Below, piece by piece: positions 1 through 13,452 of a stretch of DNA of 64,000 nt; within the stretch, counting starts at the first letter, position 1, and each line of letters begins with the position of its first letter. This DNA comes from Scyliorhinus canicula (Eukaryota), in assembly GCF_902713615.1 (NCBI RefSeq), contig NC_052162.1, positions 89,136,922 to 89,200,921 on the forward strand, read 5' to 3'. Below the pieces are notes generated by a model, which was given only the letters and a program-made list of their open reading frames with translations, ran no database searches and was not told the DNA's origin. The translations under genes were made by a program, and so were the position numbers.

Positions 1-500
1 GGATTGTTGTTGCACCATGCCACTAGGTTCTCTAACACCCTCCTGTACTCTGACTCATCATTGTTTGAGATCTGACCCACTATGGTGGTGTCATCAGCAA
101 ACATGTAGGTGGAGTTGGAGCTAAATTTTGCCACACAGTCGTTTGTGTGTAAGGAGTATAGTAGAGGGCTAAGTAAGCAGCTTTGTGGAGCCCTGGTATT
201 GAGGACTATCGTGGGGGAGGTGTTGTTTATCATTAATGATTGTGATCTATGGGTCAGGAAGTTGAGGATCCAGTTGCAGAGGGAGGAGCCAAGTCCTAGG
301 TTTTGAAGTTTGGATATGTGTTTGGCTGGGATTGTGGTGTTGAAGGTGATGTAAGCAATGAATATGAGACTGACGTAGGAGTCCTTGTTGTCGATATGCT
401 CCAGGGATAAGTGCAAGGCCAGGGAGATCGCATCTGCTGTGGACCAGTTGTGGCGGTATGAGAATTGCAGATCAAGACATCTGGAAGTATGGAGTTGATG
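1..500 (-). mobile_element. Rex1/Babar-type LINE, RT fragment (degenerate)
   Basis: Minus strand encodes LSPLLYSL..DCVAKFSSNS...FADDTTIVG-like RT motifs. Confidence 0.75.
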
Positions 501-1530
501 AAAGGGAGAGATTGTTGTCATTGCATTTTAGCAATTAAGAGCCAAGTTAAATTTTAAAAATCCTTGTTTGATTGAAACAGTCAGAGGTGGCTGCAGTAAG
601 GCATAGCTTGCAGTGGCACTTTTGCTGGGGAACAAGCCTTTGCCTCAGCGGTGCTGTCGACATCAAGATGATGGCTGCCACTGCGAATGATAAGCTCGGC
701 TCCATCGTGCAGGTTTTTCGTGCTCACTTTTATGAACTACAAAATACCTTTGAGAGAATAGTGGAAGTGGAGAAGAGAATCCTGTTGTTTGATTGTGCAG
801 CCTCCCCTTCAGTCCTTGGAAATCCTATTGCATGGGATGTCATCTATCCTGACTGGCATAGTTATCCCCTTTTTTAAGACGCTGTAATCGTTGCATTTAT
901 GAAGAGGGAGTGCATTTATTCATCCTTTAACTCATTGGTGGGTGGATAGTTGGTGATGGGTGGTATGATTAGAGAAGTTCTCACTTGGATTGAGCAAAGC
1001 CATTTTATTTTATTTTGTTACTTTGACGCTTGAGAATCCGTTCTTATCACCTATGAAAGCCCAGACAAATCATGTATCCTGGAGAGGATTGGGTTCCTTG
1101 TGATTCTTCTTTGTGATTGATGTCTCTTGAGTTGTTGGATTGGAGGGAAATGAATGGTGGAGTGCCCAGGTGTAGTTGAATCTGTTGGAATGAAAGTCAG
1201 TATGCTGTGGAGCCCTTTTGGTTTGAGGGTAGGGCTTGATGGGGTAGATGTGGGGAGGCAGTGTTTGAGGCAGCAGCGCTTTGTCCCCTCATACCCTCCT
1301 CGCAGGCATACAATGAGGATATGTGTTTTCTTTCTCATCTGGGTGGGCAGTGCGAGATTGCAGGTCCTGATTTGGTCCTTTGGGGTGGTTGGGGGTGGGG
1401 GGGGGGGGGGGGGGGGGGTGGTGGTGGTGGTATCTCCTCGGTTGAGGATGATGTGTGCTGCCCTGGGTGTGGTTAGTGAGGAGTGAGGTTGGCTGAGCGG
1501 TGAGTCTTGGCGTGTGCTGGGTATCCGGAC

Positions 1531-1880
1531 TAGAACATAGAACATAGAACAGTACAGCACAGAACAGGCCCTTCGGCCCTCAATGTTGTGCCGAGCCATG
1601 ATCACCCTACTCAAACCCACGTATCCACCCTATAACCGTAACCCAACAACCCCCCCTTAACCTTACTTTTATTAGGACACTACGGGCAATTTAGCATGGC
1701 CAATCCACCTAACCCGCACATCTTTGGACTGTGGGAGGAAACCGGAGCACCCGGAGGAAACCCACGCACACAGGGGGAGGACGTGCAGACTCCACACAGA
1801 CAGTGACCCAGCCGGGAATCGAACCTGGGACCCTGGAGCTGTGAAGCATTTATGCTAACCACCATGCTACCCTGCTGCCC
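1531..1880 (-). mobile_element. tRNA-derived SINE (HE1/V-SINE-like) with CR1-type tail
   Basis: A/B-box-like head (GGTTAGCA.., GGTTCGATTCCC), conserved core, tail GGGCCGAAGGGCCTG...(TTCTATG)n. Confidence 0.9.
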
Positions 1881-2511
1881 ATGTAAACCCGACTACTACA
1901 TGTAAAGACGAGATTGCGAGGCCAGGTCCTGTACTGTTCTGTAGCTAGTATCCTGTTGAGCCCTAATGCTTGTGAAGTTCCTTCTTGAAGGCAATTAGTA
2001 GGGATATCTTGAGAGGCTGATTCTTGATATTTTCTGAGCATCCTTGGTTTATTGACTTCTTGGGGGTTCATGGCTGGTTCCAGTCCTGTGGTTAGTACGC
2101 CCCCCCCCCCCCCCCTCTCCGGGACGTACCTTGGCCGGGATGTTATGAGAGGCTGAGTGAGGTTTGAATGAGCAGCTTGTTCTCTTCTTTGTCTTACGGT
2201 GAGGGGTGTGTGCTGAATGATCATGGGTTTATTGCTGCGTTCTAGTCCTTTTTATTCTCAGACCCTCCACTCCTGGTAGTTTTCCTTTTGTCCTGTCTCG
2301 GTTAGCTTGTTGGGAAGCACTGACCTCACTGAGTATAATCCTAACCTATTGTATAAATATTTGCTGATCCTCTCTGTGTACAAATGTGGAGTAATGATTG
2401 TTCTGTACTGTGCTTGAGGTTGGGGTTTTGTTGCATTTTGTATATGTAAAATATCTCTTTGGAACTGGGATTCTTTATCATTTGTTATTGTGGGTTAAAG
2501 AATCCATATTG

Positions 2512-5500
2512 GCGGGCTTTATGAGGCGTATGTTGGGACGGGTCCCGGATCTGGAGGCGGGAGGTCTGATCATGGGGGGGACTTCAATACGGTGTTGGAT
2601 CCTTCACTGGATCGGTCCAGCTCTAGGATGGGTAGGAGGCCGGCGGCGGCCAAGGTACTGAGAGGGTTTATGGACCAGATGGGTGGGGTGGATCCATGGA
2701 GGTTTGTGAGGCCGAGGGCACGCGAGTACTCTTTCTTCTCCCACGTACATAGGGTCTACTCTCGGATAGATTTCTTCGTGGTGAGTAGGGGACTGATTCC
2801 GAGAGTGGAGGAGGCCGAGTATTCGGCCATTGCAATCTCCGACCACGCTCCGCATTGGATAGAGTTGGAGATGGGGGAGGTGCGGGACCAGCGCCCGTTG
2901 TGGCGGTTGGATGTGGGGTTGTTGGCGGAGGAGGAGGTGTGTAGGAGGGTCCGGGCAAGTATTGAGGGGTACCTTGAGGTGAATGATACGGGGGAGGTTC
3001 AGGTGGGGATGGTCTGGGAAGCCCTGAAGGCAGTGATTCGTGGGGAGCTGATATCCATCCGGGCACACAGGGAGAGGAGCGAGAGGAGTGAGAGGGATAG
3101 ACTGGTGGGAAAGATGCTGGAGGTAGACAGGGAGGTATGCAGAGGCACCAGAGGAGGGACTGTTGGGGGAGAGGCGCAGCCTGCAGGCTAAATTTGATCT
3201 GCTGACCACTAGAAAGGCGGAGGCACAGTGGAGGAAGGCACAAGGGGCAGTGTACGAACATGGTGAAAAGGCGAGTAGGATGCTGGCTCATCAGCTCCGC
3301 AAGCGGGATGCGGCTAAGGAAATTGCTGGAGTGAGAGACAAGAGTGGGAATGTGGTGCAGAAGGGGGTAGAGGTGAATGAGGTCTTCAAGGACTTTTATG
3401 GGGAACTGTACCGGTCGGAGCCAACGGGGGAGAGGAGGGGAATGGAGAGGTTCCTCGACGGGCTTACTTTCCCGAAGGTACAGGTGGAGGGGTTTGGTGC
3501 GCCGATTGAGTAGAGGAGCTAGTTAAGGGGATCGGGCAGATGCAGTCAGGGAAGGCACCGGGGCCGGATGGGTTCCCGGTGGAATTTTATAAAAAGTTTG
3601 TGGACCTGATGGGCCCCTTGCTGGTGCGGACACTCAATGAAGCGTGGGAAGGGGGGACTTTGCCCCCGACGATGTCGCGGGCGCTGATCTCGTTAATTTT
3701 AAAGAGGGACAAGGACCCCCAGCAGTGTGGTTCATACAGGCCCATATCTCTCCTCAACGTGGATGCTAAGGTGCTGGCACAAATCCTGGCCACCAGGATA
3801 GAGGACTGTGTGCCAGGGGTTGTGCACGAGGACCAGTCAGGTTTTGTGAAGGGAAGGCAGCTGAACACGAATGTGCGGAGATTGTTGAATGTCATCATGA
3901 TTGAGGGGGAGGCAGAGATAGTGGTGGCGCTGGATGCGGAGAAGGCCTTCGATAGAGTGGAGTGGGGGTACCTATGGGAGGTGTTGGGGAGGTTTGGATT
4001 TGGTGAAGGGTTCATTGGATGGGTAAGGCTGCTATATGAGGCCCCGATGGCGTGCGTGGCCCCGAATGGGAGGAGGTCGGAGTACTTCCGGCTTTACCGA
4101 GGGACCAGGCAGGGTTGCCCCCTGTCCCCCTTGTTGTTTGCACCGGCAATCGAGCCGCTGGTGATGGCGTTGAGGGATTCAGAGAGGTGGAGAGGCTTGG
4201 TGTGAGGTGGGGAGGAACATAGGGTGTCGTTGTAGGTCGATGACCTGTTACTGTATGTGGCGGACCCAGTGGGAGGGATGCCGGGGGTGATGGAGCTGCT
4301 AGCTGAGTTTGGGACCTTTTCAGGCTATAAATTAAATTTAGGCAAGAGTGAGGTGTTTGTGGTGCACCCTGGAGACCAGGAGGAAGGAATTGGTAGGCTC
4401 CTGCTTAGGTGGGCAGGGGAGAGCTTTAGGTACCTGGGGGTGCAGGTGGCCAGGGACTGGGGGACTCTTTACAAACATAATTTCACCAGACTTGTAGATC
4501 AGATGGAGGAGGAGTTCAAGAGGTGGGACATGCTGCCATTGTCGTTGGCGGGGAGGGCACAATCCGTCAAAATGATGGTGCTTCCGAGGTTCTTGTTCCT
4601 CTTTCAGTGCCTGCCCATCTTTATCCCCAGGGCCTTCTTTAGGAGAGTGACTAGCAGTATTTTGAGCTTTGTGTGGACACATGGGACTCCGAGAGTGAAG
4701 AGGGTGTTACTGGAGCGAGGGAGGGATAGAGGCGGGCTGGCGCTGCCCAACCTTCTGGGGTACTATTGGGCGGCCAATGTGTCAATGGTGCGTAAATGGG
4801 TGATGGAGGGGGGAGGGGGGAGGGGTGGCGTGGAAAAGAATGGACATGGCGTCATGTAGAGGTACGAGCCTGGGTGCCATGGTAACGGCGCCGTTGCTGC
4901 TCTCCCCTAAGAGGTTTACCACGAGCCCGGTGGTGGCGGCGACCCTAAGAATCTGGGGACAGTGGAGACGGCATCGGGGGGAAACAGGGGGCTCGATGGA
5001 GGCTCCACTGGGTGGCAATCATCGGTTCATCCCGGGGAACAAGGATGGGAGATTTAGGCGGTGGCAAAGGGTGGGCATCAGTAAATTGAGGGACCTGTTT
5101 ATTGGCGGGAGGTTTGCGGGCCTGGGGGAACTGGAAGATAAATTTGGCCTTCCCCAAGGGAACATATTAAGATACTTGCAGGTAAAGGCGTTTGCTAGGC
5201 GACAGGTAAAGGGATTCCCTCTGCTGCCCTCGCGGGGGACGATGGACAGAGTGCTTTCGGGGGTGTGGGTCGGAGAGGGGAAGGTGTCTGACATCTATAA
5301 GGTAATGCAGGAGGTGGAGGAGTCGTCAGTGGAGGAGCTGAAGGCTAAATGGGAGGAGGAACTCGGGGAGCAGATAGAGGACGGGACTTGGGTGGATGCC
5401 TTGGAGAGAGTCAACTCTTCCTCCTCATGTGCGAGGCTTAGTCTCATCCAATTTAAGGTGCTGCACCGGGCCCACATGTCCGGGACTAGGGTGAGTAGGT

Positions 5501-6146
5501 TCTTTGGGGGTGAGGACAGGTGCACCAGATGTTCGGGGAGTCCAGCGAACCACGCCCATATGTTCTGGGCATGCCCAGCACTGGAAGAATTCTGGAAGGG
5601 GGTGGCGGAGACGGTGTCGAGGGTGGTTGGATCCAGGGTCAAACCAGGGTGGGGACTCGCGATTTTTGGAGTTGCGGTAGAGCTGGGAGTGCAGGAGGCG
5701 AAAGAGGCCGGTGTCCTGGCCTTTGCGTCCCTAGTAGCCCGACGAAGGATCCTGCTACAGTGGAAGGATACGAGGCCCCCAAGTGGAGACCTGGATCAGT
5801 GACATGGCGGGATTTATAAAATTGGAAAGGGTCAAATTTGCCCTGAGAGGATCAATACAAGGGTTCTATAAACGGTGGCAGCCTTTTCTGGACCTCCTGG
5901 CTCAAAGATAGGTATCTTGGTCAATAGTAGCAGCAACCGGGGGGCGGGGGGGGTGTTCCTTATTGAAGTTTCTATTCTGTAACTTTATATTGTGTTAATT
6001 TGCATTGTTGTTAAAATGCTGTGTTGTTCATGGCGGTGCGGCGAATGTTTATGATTGCTAATATTATTGTTATTTTTGGTATTTTACTGTGGTGCGTTAT
6101 TGTTGTATAAATTCAAAATTTTTCAATAAAAATTATTTAAAAAAAA
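2512..6146 (+). mobile_element. L1/Tx1-clade LINE, 5'-truncated, disrupted ORF2 (EN C-terminus, RT, C-terminal cysteine region)
   Basis: GGDFN/SRIDFF/SDHAP EN motifs; KAPGPDG, LDAEKAFD, RQGCPLSP RT motifs; HMFWAC; AATAAA plus A tail. Exact 15-bp TSD AAAGAATCCATATTG at 2497-2511 and 6147-6161. Confidence 0.95.
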
Positions 6147-6559
6147 AAAGAATCCATATTGACTTCTGCAAGGGTACAGACAGGTCTCGTATCCGAGGGG
6201 AGGAGGTTACTGTGTGTTATTGGTGCCTCTGGTGTTGCTGGAATTGAGGGAGATACCTTCTGGTGCGTGCCTGAACATGACACAAACATCCTGAATTCTC
6301 ATGGTTGCTGCAAGCAATCGCTGTGTAGGAAGGCGTGCACCATTTTACCATGTTTTTATGGCCGCCTCCTCCTCCTCTCTGGTAATGTGTATAGAGGAGC
6401 TCAATTGATTCTAGGTACTGGGCCAACTGTATTGCTGTTCTCTTGTCCCCTGTATCTATGTATGTTGGGTCGTTTCTGCTATGCTGAACCATTCCTGTGG
6501 TTTTGTTGTATTATATGATCAAATTGAAAAACTTCAATAAAAATATTTTAAAAAAAATG

Positions 6560-7370
6560 TAGGGAGGGTACTCTTCTGTTATAGAGGACATTGGTGTGAC
6601 CACATCTGAATTATTGTGTATTGAGCTCCTCATTTAAGGAAGGATGTAAATGCATTGGAAGTAGTTCAGAGGAAGTTCACCCGATTGATCCGATGGGGTC
6701 CGAATCATTAAATAGTTTCAAGAGAGCGATAGATATATTTCTAATTTTTAAAAATGGGTTAAAGGGATATGGGAAACAGGTAGGGAGGTGGATTTGAGAC
6801 CTGGAAGAGATCAGCCATGATCTAATTGAATGGTGGAGCAGGCTCGAAGGACTGAATCGCCTACTTCTGCTCCTAATTCCATATTCCTATGTTCCTATGA
6901 AGCAGTTCAGAGGGGGTTTACTAAACTGAGACCAGGGCGGGGCAGGCTATTTAAACGGAAAGATTGGGCAGGCTAGGCTGGTACCTGCTGGAGTTTAGAA
7001 TAGTTAGGTGACTTAATTAAAACACAAAATCCTGAGGGGTCTTGACAGGGTCACGTGGAGAGAATGTTTCCTATTGTGAGAGAATCAAGAACTAAGGGTG
7101 ACTCCTTAAAAATAAGGGGTCGCCCATTTAAGACATAGAGATGAGAAGGAGTGTTGTGAGTCTTTGGAGCAGTCTTCTTCAAAAGGCAATGGCAGCAGAG
7201 TCTGAATATTTTCAGGACCGAGCTAGGTAGATTCCTGATTTTTTAAAAAAGAGTGAAAGTTTACCGGCGGTAGTTGGGAAGTTACAATCAGATCAGCCAT
7301 GAACTTAATTATTGAATGGGAGAACAGGTTTTAGGGGCTGAGGGGCCTGCCCCTAATTGGTATGTTCATG
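6560..7370 (+). mobile_element. CR1 LINE 3' fragments (nested)
   Basis: PHL.YCV and VQRxFT-like remnants; two CR1-type 3' ends. Confidence 0.7.
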
Positions 7371-7404
7371 TAATCTATTTTACCATTGATCAGCATCAGA
7401 CTTT

Positions 7405-8625
7405 ATCAATCTTTACTTGAAGCAATTTGTTTCCAAATTCCACCCCTTTCTCCTTCGCACGGTCCATCTCCAAAACTTCGCTTCCCTTCCTTGACCGCTC
7501 TGCTTCCATTTTCGGTGATAGACTGATCACCGATATTCATTATAAACCCACGGATTCCCACAGCAACCTCCACTGCAGCTCCTCACACCTTGCTCCCTAT
7601 AAGGACGCCATCCCATTCTTGTTTCTCTGCCCTCATCACATCTGTCCTGATGATGCTACCTTCGAAAATGGTGCTTCTGACTTGTCTGCTTTTTTTCCCT
7701 AACCGAGGCTTCCCTCCCAGTAGTTAACTGGATATTCAACCAGGTTTGATCCATTTCACACAACTCTGCCCTCAACCTTTCCCCTCCCTCCCAGAACCAT
7801 GATAGAGTGCTCCCTGTCCTCACTTTTCATCCCACTGGTCTCTGCATTCAAAGGATCATCCTCTGCCAGCTCCAGCATCTATCTCTCACTCTCTCAGAAT
7901 TCCGCAGGGTGCACTCCTCCAATATGCCCAACTCCCTATTCCCTTCCCATGAAACCTTCCCTTGCAATCACAGTAGATGCAACAGCTGCTCCTTTCCTTT
8001 CTCCCTCCTCACATTTCAAGGCCCCATATGCAGCGTTTAAGCAGCGTTTCATTTGTACTTCCCTCAATTTGATTTATTGTATTCACTGCTCCCAATGCGC
8101 TCTCCTCTGGGGAGACTATGCACAGACTGGGCTACTGTTTTGCTTAACACCTTTGCGCAGTTTGCAAGCGTGACCCCAACCTTTCTGTTGCTTGCCATTT
8201 TCATCTGCACCTTTCTCTGATGCTCACCAGTGTCCTTGGACTGCTGTGATGCTTCAGTGAAGCCACTAGCTGGGGGAGCAGCATCTAATCAGTATAGGTA
8301 AATTGCAGACCTCGGAACGCAACATTGAGTTCAATAACTTTAGATTTAGATCTTTCTTCTACGTATTAAATGTTTCATACATGTATTACCTCAATGCTAA
8401 AAACCCTCTCCTCTCTCACTAGGCCATCTGTTGTTTGTTCTTAAACTTGCTACTTTTTGTTACAGTATATTTTGCTGCAACAAGTTCTCCCTCCTTTCAG
8501 TTCTGCTGAAGGTTCCAGGCTCGAAACAAACTATGTTTCTCCCTGATAGATGCTGATAGACCTATTGAGTTTTTCCAGCTTCCTCTGTTCTTGTTTCAGA
8601 TTCCAGCATCCGTAGTATTTTTCAT
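7405..8625 (+). mobile_element. Penelope-like element remnant (RT C-terminus, GIY-YIG, terminal repeat)
   Basis: LPFLD...TDIHYKPTDSH, then FICTSLNLIYCIHCSQC (GIY-YIG N-terminus); terminal-repeat-like tract at ~8490-8625. Confidence 0.85.
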
Positions 8626-8629
8626 ATTT

Positions 8630-9480
8630 TGGAAATATTGCATTTGGTTCCTTCATCTAAATCATTGATATACCCCACTAGTCACCGCCTTCCACATCAA
8701 AAATTACCCCTTTATTCCTACTCTGTTTCCTGCCTGCCAGCCAATTCTCAATTCATGCCAGTATATTACCCCTATTCCCATGTGTTTTAAGTTTGGACAC
8801 TGACCTCTCGTGTGGGACTTTATCAAAAGCTTTCTGAAAATCCAAATACACCACATCCACTGGTTCTCCCTTATCTATTCCGCTAGTTACGCCCAAAAAA
8901 CCTCCAGTATGTTTGTCAAACATATTTCCCTTCAATGAGTCCCTGTTGACCTTGTCTAATCCCATTGATATGTTCTAAATGTCCTGTTATCACATCCTTT
9001 CTAATAAACTCTAGCATTTTTGCTACTACTGATGTTCGGTGTGTAATTCCCTGTTTTCTCTTTTCCTTTTTTAAATAGTGGAGTTATATTTGCCACCCTC
9101 TAATCTGCAAGGACTGTTCCAGATGTACAGAATTTTGGAAGATCGCAATTTACATGCAATCCACTATTTCCATGGCCACTTCCTTTGATACGTTGGGATG
9201 TTGATTGTGAAACTCTGGGGATTTATTGGATTTCAGTCCCATTAATTTCTCCAGCACTTTTTATTTAGTAATATTAATTTCTGTCAAATGTCTTGGTCTC
9301 ATTAGACCCCTGGTTCCCTCGCATTTCTGGGAATTCATTTGTATCTTTCTTCGTGAAGACATACCTAAAGTAGTTATTTAATTGCTCTGCCATTTCCTTG
9401 TTTTTTATTATAAAATCTCCTGTTTTGGACCGTAAAGGATGTACATATGTCTTCATTAATCTTTTTCTTTTTAAGCACTT
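8630..9480 (-). mobile_element. CR1 LINE fragment
   Basis: DKGEPVDVVYLDFQKAFDKVPH (ORF 8753-8965) and EMAEQLNNYF (ORF 9274-9456). Confidence 0.85.
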
Positions 9481-9489
9481 TTAGAAGCT

Positions 9490-10340
9490 TTGTTAAAAAA
9501 TCATAATGATATGAAAATCAAGGAAATACAGTAATTGTGAATGTGTTCTTCAGATTGATTCAATTTTAAAAAAAATTGAAACTGTAGTGGTAGAGACAGT
9601 TTGGCTAGGTTGATGGAAATGTGTTTTTGATATGTTGATGCGCCTAGCAACTTTGTAAACAGATGCTTATCTGAGGCAAGTTGGTCACAATGGAGAATAG
9701 AACGTCAAGGGCTTGAGTAAGATGTTCGAAGTTCAAAAGAAGGATATTACATTCTAAAAGGTGGACTTATGAAATTAATAATTAAGAGTGGCTTCTGAGG
9801 AGGTTAGTTCAGAGAACAGTTCAGAGAACATGAACAGGGCCAGCTGTCTATCAGGAGCAATTTCAGCCTATGTAAGTTAGCTGTTTTGAGACCTCAGCCC
9901 ACAGCAGGAAAAGCGATGTGAACTCTCAGCAAGCTGTGTCTGTGAAAAAGCCTTTTTGAACAAACTGCCCTAAGTCCGAAGCAGCCCAGAAATATAAAAC
10001 TACCTGTTGTGTTAAACATTGCTGAATTTTGCCTGTAGTTTGTAAAAGCCTATCGGACGTTTGGGGAGGATTAGCTCTGAAGTTAGAGAAATAAAGGGGG
10101 TTGGAACTGGGTAAATTTAGGGTATGTTGTATAGCGATTGTGTTAGATAAGTGTATTTCTAGTTAACTTTCTTGTGTGTTTTATTGTTTCATAAACATTT
10201 ATCTTGTTTAAAAATGATCACATTCCAGCACAAACTGGAAGAGCCAGGCTGAAGTTGGCTAATGCTCACTAGACTGAGAATTCTGTCACGTTAAAACCTT
10301 GGAAAAGTCTGAGCTGGTTTGGAGCCCAAGTTCTAGATAT
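9490..10340. mobile_element. possible degenerate solo LTR or unclassified repeat
   Basis: LTR-like composition only; no PBS/PPT or TSD confirmed. Confidence 0.25.
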
Positions 10341-10386
10341 TCCAGGGCTAGTATGTTGTCACTTCCATTAAGATGCATTTTGTCTA

Positions 10387-10613
10387 GGCAGCATGTTGGC
10401 GCAGTGGGTTAGCCCTGCTGCCTCAAGGCGCCGAGGTCCCAGGTTCAGTCCTGGCTCTGGGTCACTGTCCGTGTGGACTTTGCACATTCTCCCCGTGTTT
10501 GCGTGGGTTTCACCCCGCACAACCCAAAAGATGTGTAATTTAGGTGTACTGGCCATACTAAATTGCCCCTTAATTGGAAAAAATTAATTGGGTACTCTTA
10601 ATTTTTTTTAAAA
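10387..10613 (+). mobile_element. short SINE variant (same head/core, A/T-rich tail)
   Basis: HE1-like head and core ending AATTGGAAAAAA..TTGGGTACTCT..; flanked by TGCATTTTGTC repeats. Confidence 0.8.
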
Positions 10614-11904
10614 TTGTGCATTTTGTCAGGAATCCTTGTGATTGCCCCATTCTTATTTACGGCTTTTCCATCTTTAGTTAGTTTGTTGTTTTGATATTGG
10701 CATCACTTATGGTGAGAGTTGCTGCTGTATGCGAAGAGTTTTAGTGCAGTGTTTTTATTTCTGTAGCAGGGAAATAATGAATATGGTTTATTACAATTCA
10801 TTAAGGCAAACAACAGAGTATGGTTTGTTAAGGGATCTGTGTGGTTTAAATGATTGCATCAAAGGGGACGAGGGAATGTATGTAACTTGGTAAAGGGATT
10901 TTTAGAGGGGTATAGTTGTACTAGAAAGTTCATGTAAAATTCCACACAGGGTAAAAAAACACCACGCAACTAACATGCTGATGTGGCAAAGATGCACAGG
11001 CACTGCTAGCTGGATGTTTATGTGGTTAAACAACCAGCTAATATCAGTAAACCTCAGACACCTTCATGGCCCATATCAGTAGTTTAAATGCCTGGTGCCC
11101 TCTGCACTACTTCAAAGACCTGACTTAGCAGGCAATGCTAGCAGTAGTGGAAGGCCGGACCTGTTTGGAACAAGAGATTAAAAGGAGTCTCTAACGGTGG
11201 TCTTTCCTTTTCCCTTTGGCAATAAAGTGATGCCATGGGGTCGGAAGGTCACCAAGAGTAATAAAGAGAATGCCAAGGACTTGGTTATAAGTATTTACCA
11301 AGTTTGACTGAGAGCTCAAACATTTTGTCCTTAAGCTGTACTGTTTCCAATATATGTTTGTCAATGATATAAAAAAGAGGAGCCTCTAAAATAGAGGGAA
11401 CACAGATTATTTTGGGGATAATGCACACCCTGCCTTGTGAAATCTGCAACTCCTTTAACATGAACCCAAAACAGATAATGTTGAAGTTTCGGCAATGTAC
11501 TGCCTATCTGACTTTTACTGTATGAATATCGCATAGCTTTCTAGTTGGGTAGGATCCTGCTTCAGAGACACTTTCTGAAGTATTCCTCTACAAATGTGGT
11601 GGCAAAATTAACAGTCTTTATGTGCCTGAGTCGCCTGAGATTATTTTTTTATAATAATCTGCTCCATAACTTTTCCAAATGGGTTTTTTGAGCCAGTGTA
11701 ATTATTTTTAAAAATATATAAAATGTACACTATGCACTGCCTTGTCTGGTTGCAGCATGTGTTTCTGTCTCCAGCCTCTTGTAGACTACACTGTCTTCTT
11801 GTAAGATTCTGTAAAGACTCTGTGAAGTTTAAGAAAGAAAATGTGAAGAACGTTGATACTTTTATGCAGTCTGTTACAACCTCTCCTCTCCCAAAAGACA
11901 CCTA

Positions 11905-12612
11905 AACTGAGAACTCAGTGGGGTTAAACTTGACTCTGTCTGCCTCTTTCACTGAATAAACTCTACATTTTCTACATTATAACAGTGACGACGCTTGAAA
12001 AGTGCAATTGGTTGTCAAGCTTGTCTTTTGAATTATGTCAAACCGAGACTTAGTCCTCTTTCGCACGTGGATATAGCACTATTTTGAAGAAGAGCAGGGG
12101 AAATCCATGATATATTGGCTGATAATCCCTCAACCAATATCCAGAAACAGATTACCTGGTCATTGTGACATTGCTATTTGTGGGAATATTGATAGCTACT
12201 TTTCCTAAATTACAGTAGTTTTTATACGTTCATGGGATGTGGGCTTCGCTGCCAAGGCAGCATTTATTGCCCATTCCTAATTGCCATTGAACTGAATGGC
12301 TTCCTCGGTCATTTCAGAAGGCAGTTTAAGAGTCAGGAGTCACATGTAGGCCAGACCAGGTAAGGGTGAAAGATTTCCTCCCCTAAAGGACATTAGTGAA
12401 AGCAGATGGGTTTTTACGACAAACAGTCGCTTCATAGTCGGCGTTAGACTTTTAATCTCAGATTTTTATGAATTCAAATTTCACCATCTGCCATGGTGAG
12501 ATTTGAAACTGCACCTCTGCATTACTAGTAAATGACAATTCCACTTAGTGTGTATACTTAAAAATACTTCTTTAGGTGTAAAGTGTTTTAGGGTGTCTTA
12601 AATGTGCGAAAA
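11905..12612 (+). mobile_element. Deu-domain SINE (SacSINE1/AmnSINE1-like), interrupted by another SINE
   Basis: GCACTATTTTGAAGAAGAGCAGGGG...CCCTCAACCAA...ACAGATTA..TGGTCATT..CACATTGCT core. Confidence 0.7.
12228..12545 (-). mobile_element. second tRNA-derived SINE family (tail shared with LINE at 31455-34135)
   Basis: Homologous to the copy at 26445-26810; tail ..GCATTTATTGCCCA..CCTAATTGCC.. on the + strand. Confidence 0.75.
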
Positions 12613-13259
12613 ACTCCCTTTTTTCCTTTGTTGTTGGTGAATGTGGCCTCGGGATCATTATTCATGGATTAAGTTTTGACATTCCAAAGATGTCTCTTGG
12701 CGACTGAGACAACTTTGCGTTACAGCTCCTGGAACAGACCTTTCAATGTCACTGTAGCCCATCAGGAAAATCCCACCCAGACAGTGAAACAGTTCCAATG
12801 CTGCTACAAACTGGCAAGTTGTACAAGGCCCCAATTGAGGCATTTACCAGCTTTTATCTCTTCAGCCACTTTGCTGCCTTTCACCGTAGTTGGCAAATAG
12901 ATGTCCAATTGTGAATATCTCATGTAAGAGATGAACATTTACACATCCGCAAGAGGAGTCATCCAAATAATGAAAAGTGCTACAAACATTTTTCTTCATG
13001 AGCAGAAGACAGTATTGGACAGCATCCAACAGTCAGCAATTTGTTTGTCTCAATGAAGATAATTAATTCTTCATCCTAACCAGACTGATGCCTACCACCG
13101 TCACAGTAACAGATTCTCAATTCATCATGAAACTGATGCAGTTTAAGGTCTTGTTTTCTTTAATTAATTAAACAGGACTATATGATCGTTGGGAGTTTGG
13201 CAATAATACAATCTGAGTGGGGTTTTTGTGCATCTAGCTACAGGATCAGTGATGCTGTA

Positions 13260-13452
13260 GGGGGCTGGTTTAGCTCAGTGGGTTAGACAGTTGGTCTGTG
13301 ATGCAGAACAAGGCCAGCAGCGCGGGTTCAATTCCTGTAATGGCTAAGAATTTTGAAGTCTCCCTCTGTATACCCGAACAGGAGCCAGAATGTGACGACT
13401 AGGGGCTTTTCACAGTAATGTTATTGCAGTGTTAATATAAGCCTACATTATT
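13260..13452 (+). mobile_element. tRNA-derived SINE with Rex1/Babar-like tail
   Basis: GGGGCTGGTTTAGCTCAGTGG / GGTTCAATTCC head; tail GACTAGGGGCTTTTCACAGTAA shared with the copy at 28050. Confidence 0.75.

Noticed and set aside
13260-13340. tRNA gene
   Set aside because: It is a SINE head continuing into a LINE-type tail; the same applies to the other A/B-box hits.
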